The translations under genes were made by a program, and so were the position numbers. Source: Balanoglossus misakiensis (Eukaryota; Animalia; Hemichordata). Taken from it: a stretch of 64,000 nucleotides of DNA. Below, one piece after another: positions 63,694 through 64,000 of this stretch. The notes below the pieces were generated by a model. The model made no database searches, was not told the origin of the DNA, and worked only from the letters and a program-made list of their open reading frames with translations. The DNA lies in NCBI GenBank assembly GCA_040954595.2, contig CM082578.2, positions 6,247,519 through 6,311,518 of the forward strand. Reading direction: 5' to 3'. How positions within the stretch are numbered: position 1 is the first letter of the stretch; every line of letters begins with the position of its first letter.

Positions 63694-64000
63694 CTGTGGG
63701 GAAAAAATTGAGAGAATAACACTTGTCAGGATTAAGTGCAACTTAGTTACTTACATCATCATAGAGATCAGCCCAGCCACCTGTGAATTCAGGTAAAATC
63801 AGTTGAAAGGAATTTTACAGGTGTTTTGTTGATTCAGTGACAATTGTATTAATAATTTACAAATTTCCTCAACCACTAGTTGTTGAACTAATAATGATGA
63901 CAAAAATGGAGAATGAAAAATGTCTGTTCCATTCTAAAGAACAAAATTCCTTTTCAATCCATTTCATTTCACTCCATCTAACATACTGGTATTGGTCATC

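Overview
Eukaryotic (animal, probably marine invertebrate) genomic DNA with spliceosomal introns, not prokaryotic. 1-11700 is the right-hand part of an endogenous Polinton/Maverick (adintovirus-type) DNA virus. It carries the end of the minor capsid gene, a core-like ORF, the major capsid, an adenain-type protease, two conserved small ORFs, a packaging ATPase, a ~1708-aa protein-primed PolB broken by one 1-nt frameshift and carrying a 10x66-bp Pro/Ser/Thr repeat, two accessory ORFs, and a repeat-rich terminus ending in ACTACT at 11700. No integrase or left terminus is inside the window. Host DNA follows: a nest of three non-autonomous DNA transposons (14.1-16.0 kb), an intronless class A GPCR, another MITE, a ~12.9-kb array of an 88-bp satellite (33291-46160), a 7-exon cytosolic sulfotransferase with a GC-AG intron, an F-box/LRR-like gene and the 3' part of leukotriene A4 hydrolase. 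There is no CRISPR array. All calls come from reading motifs by eye; no searches were run.
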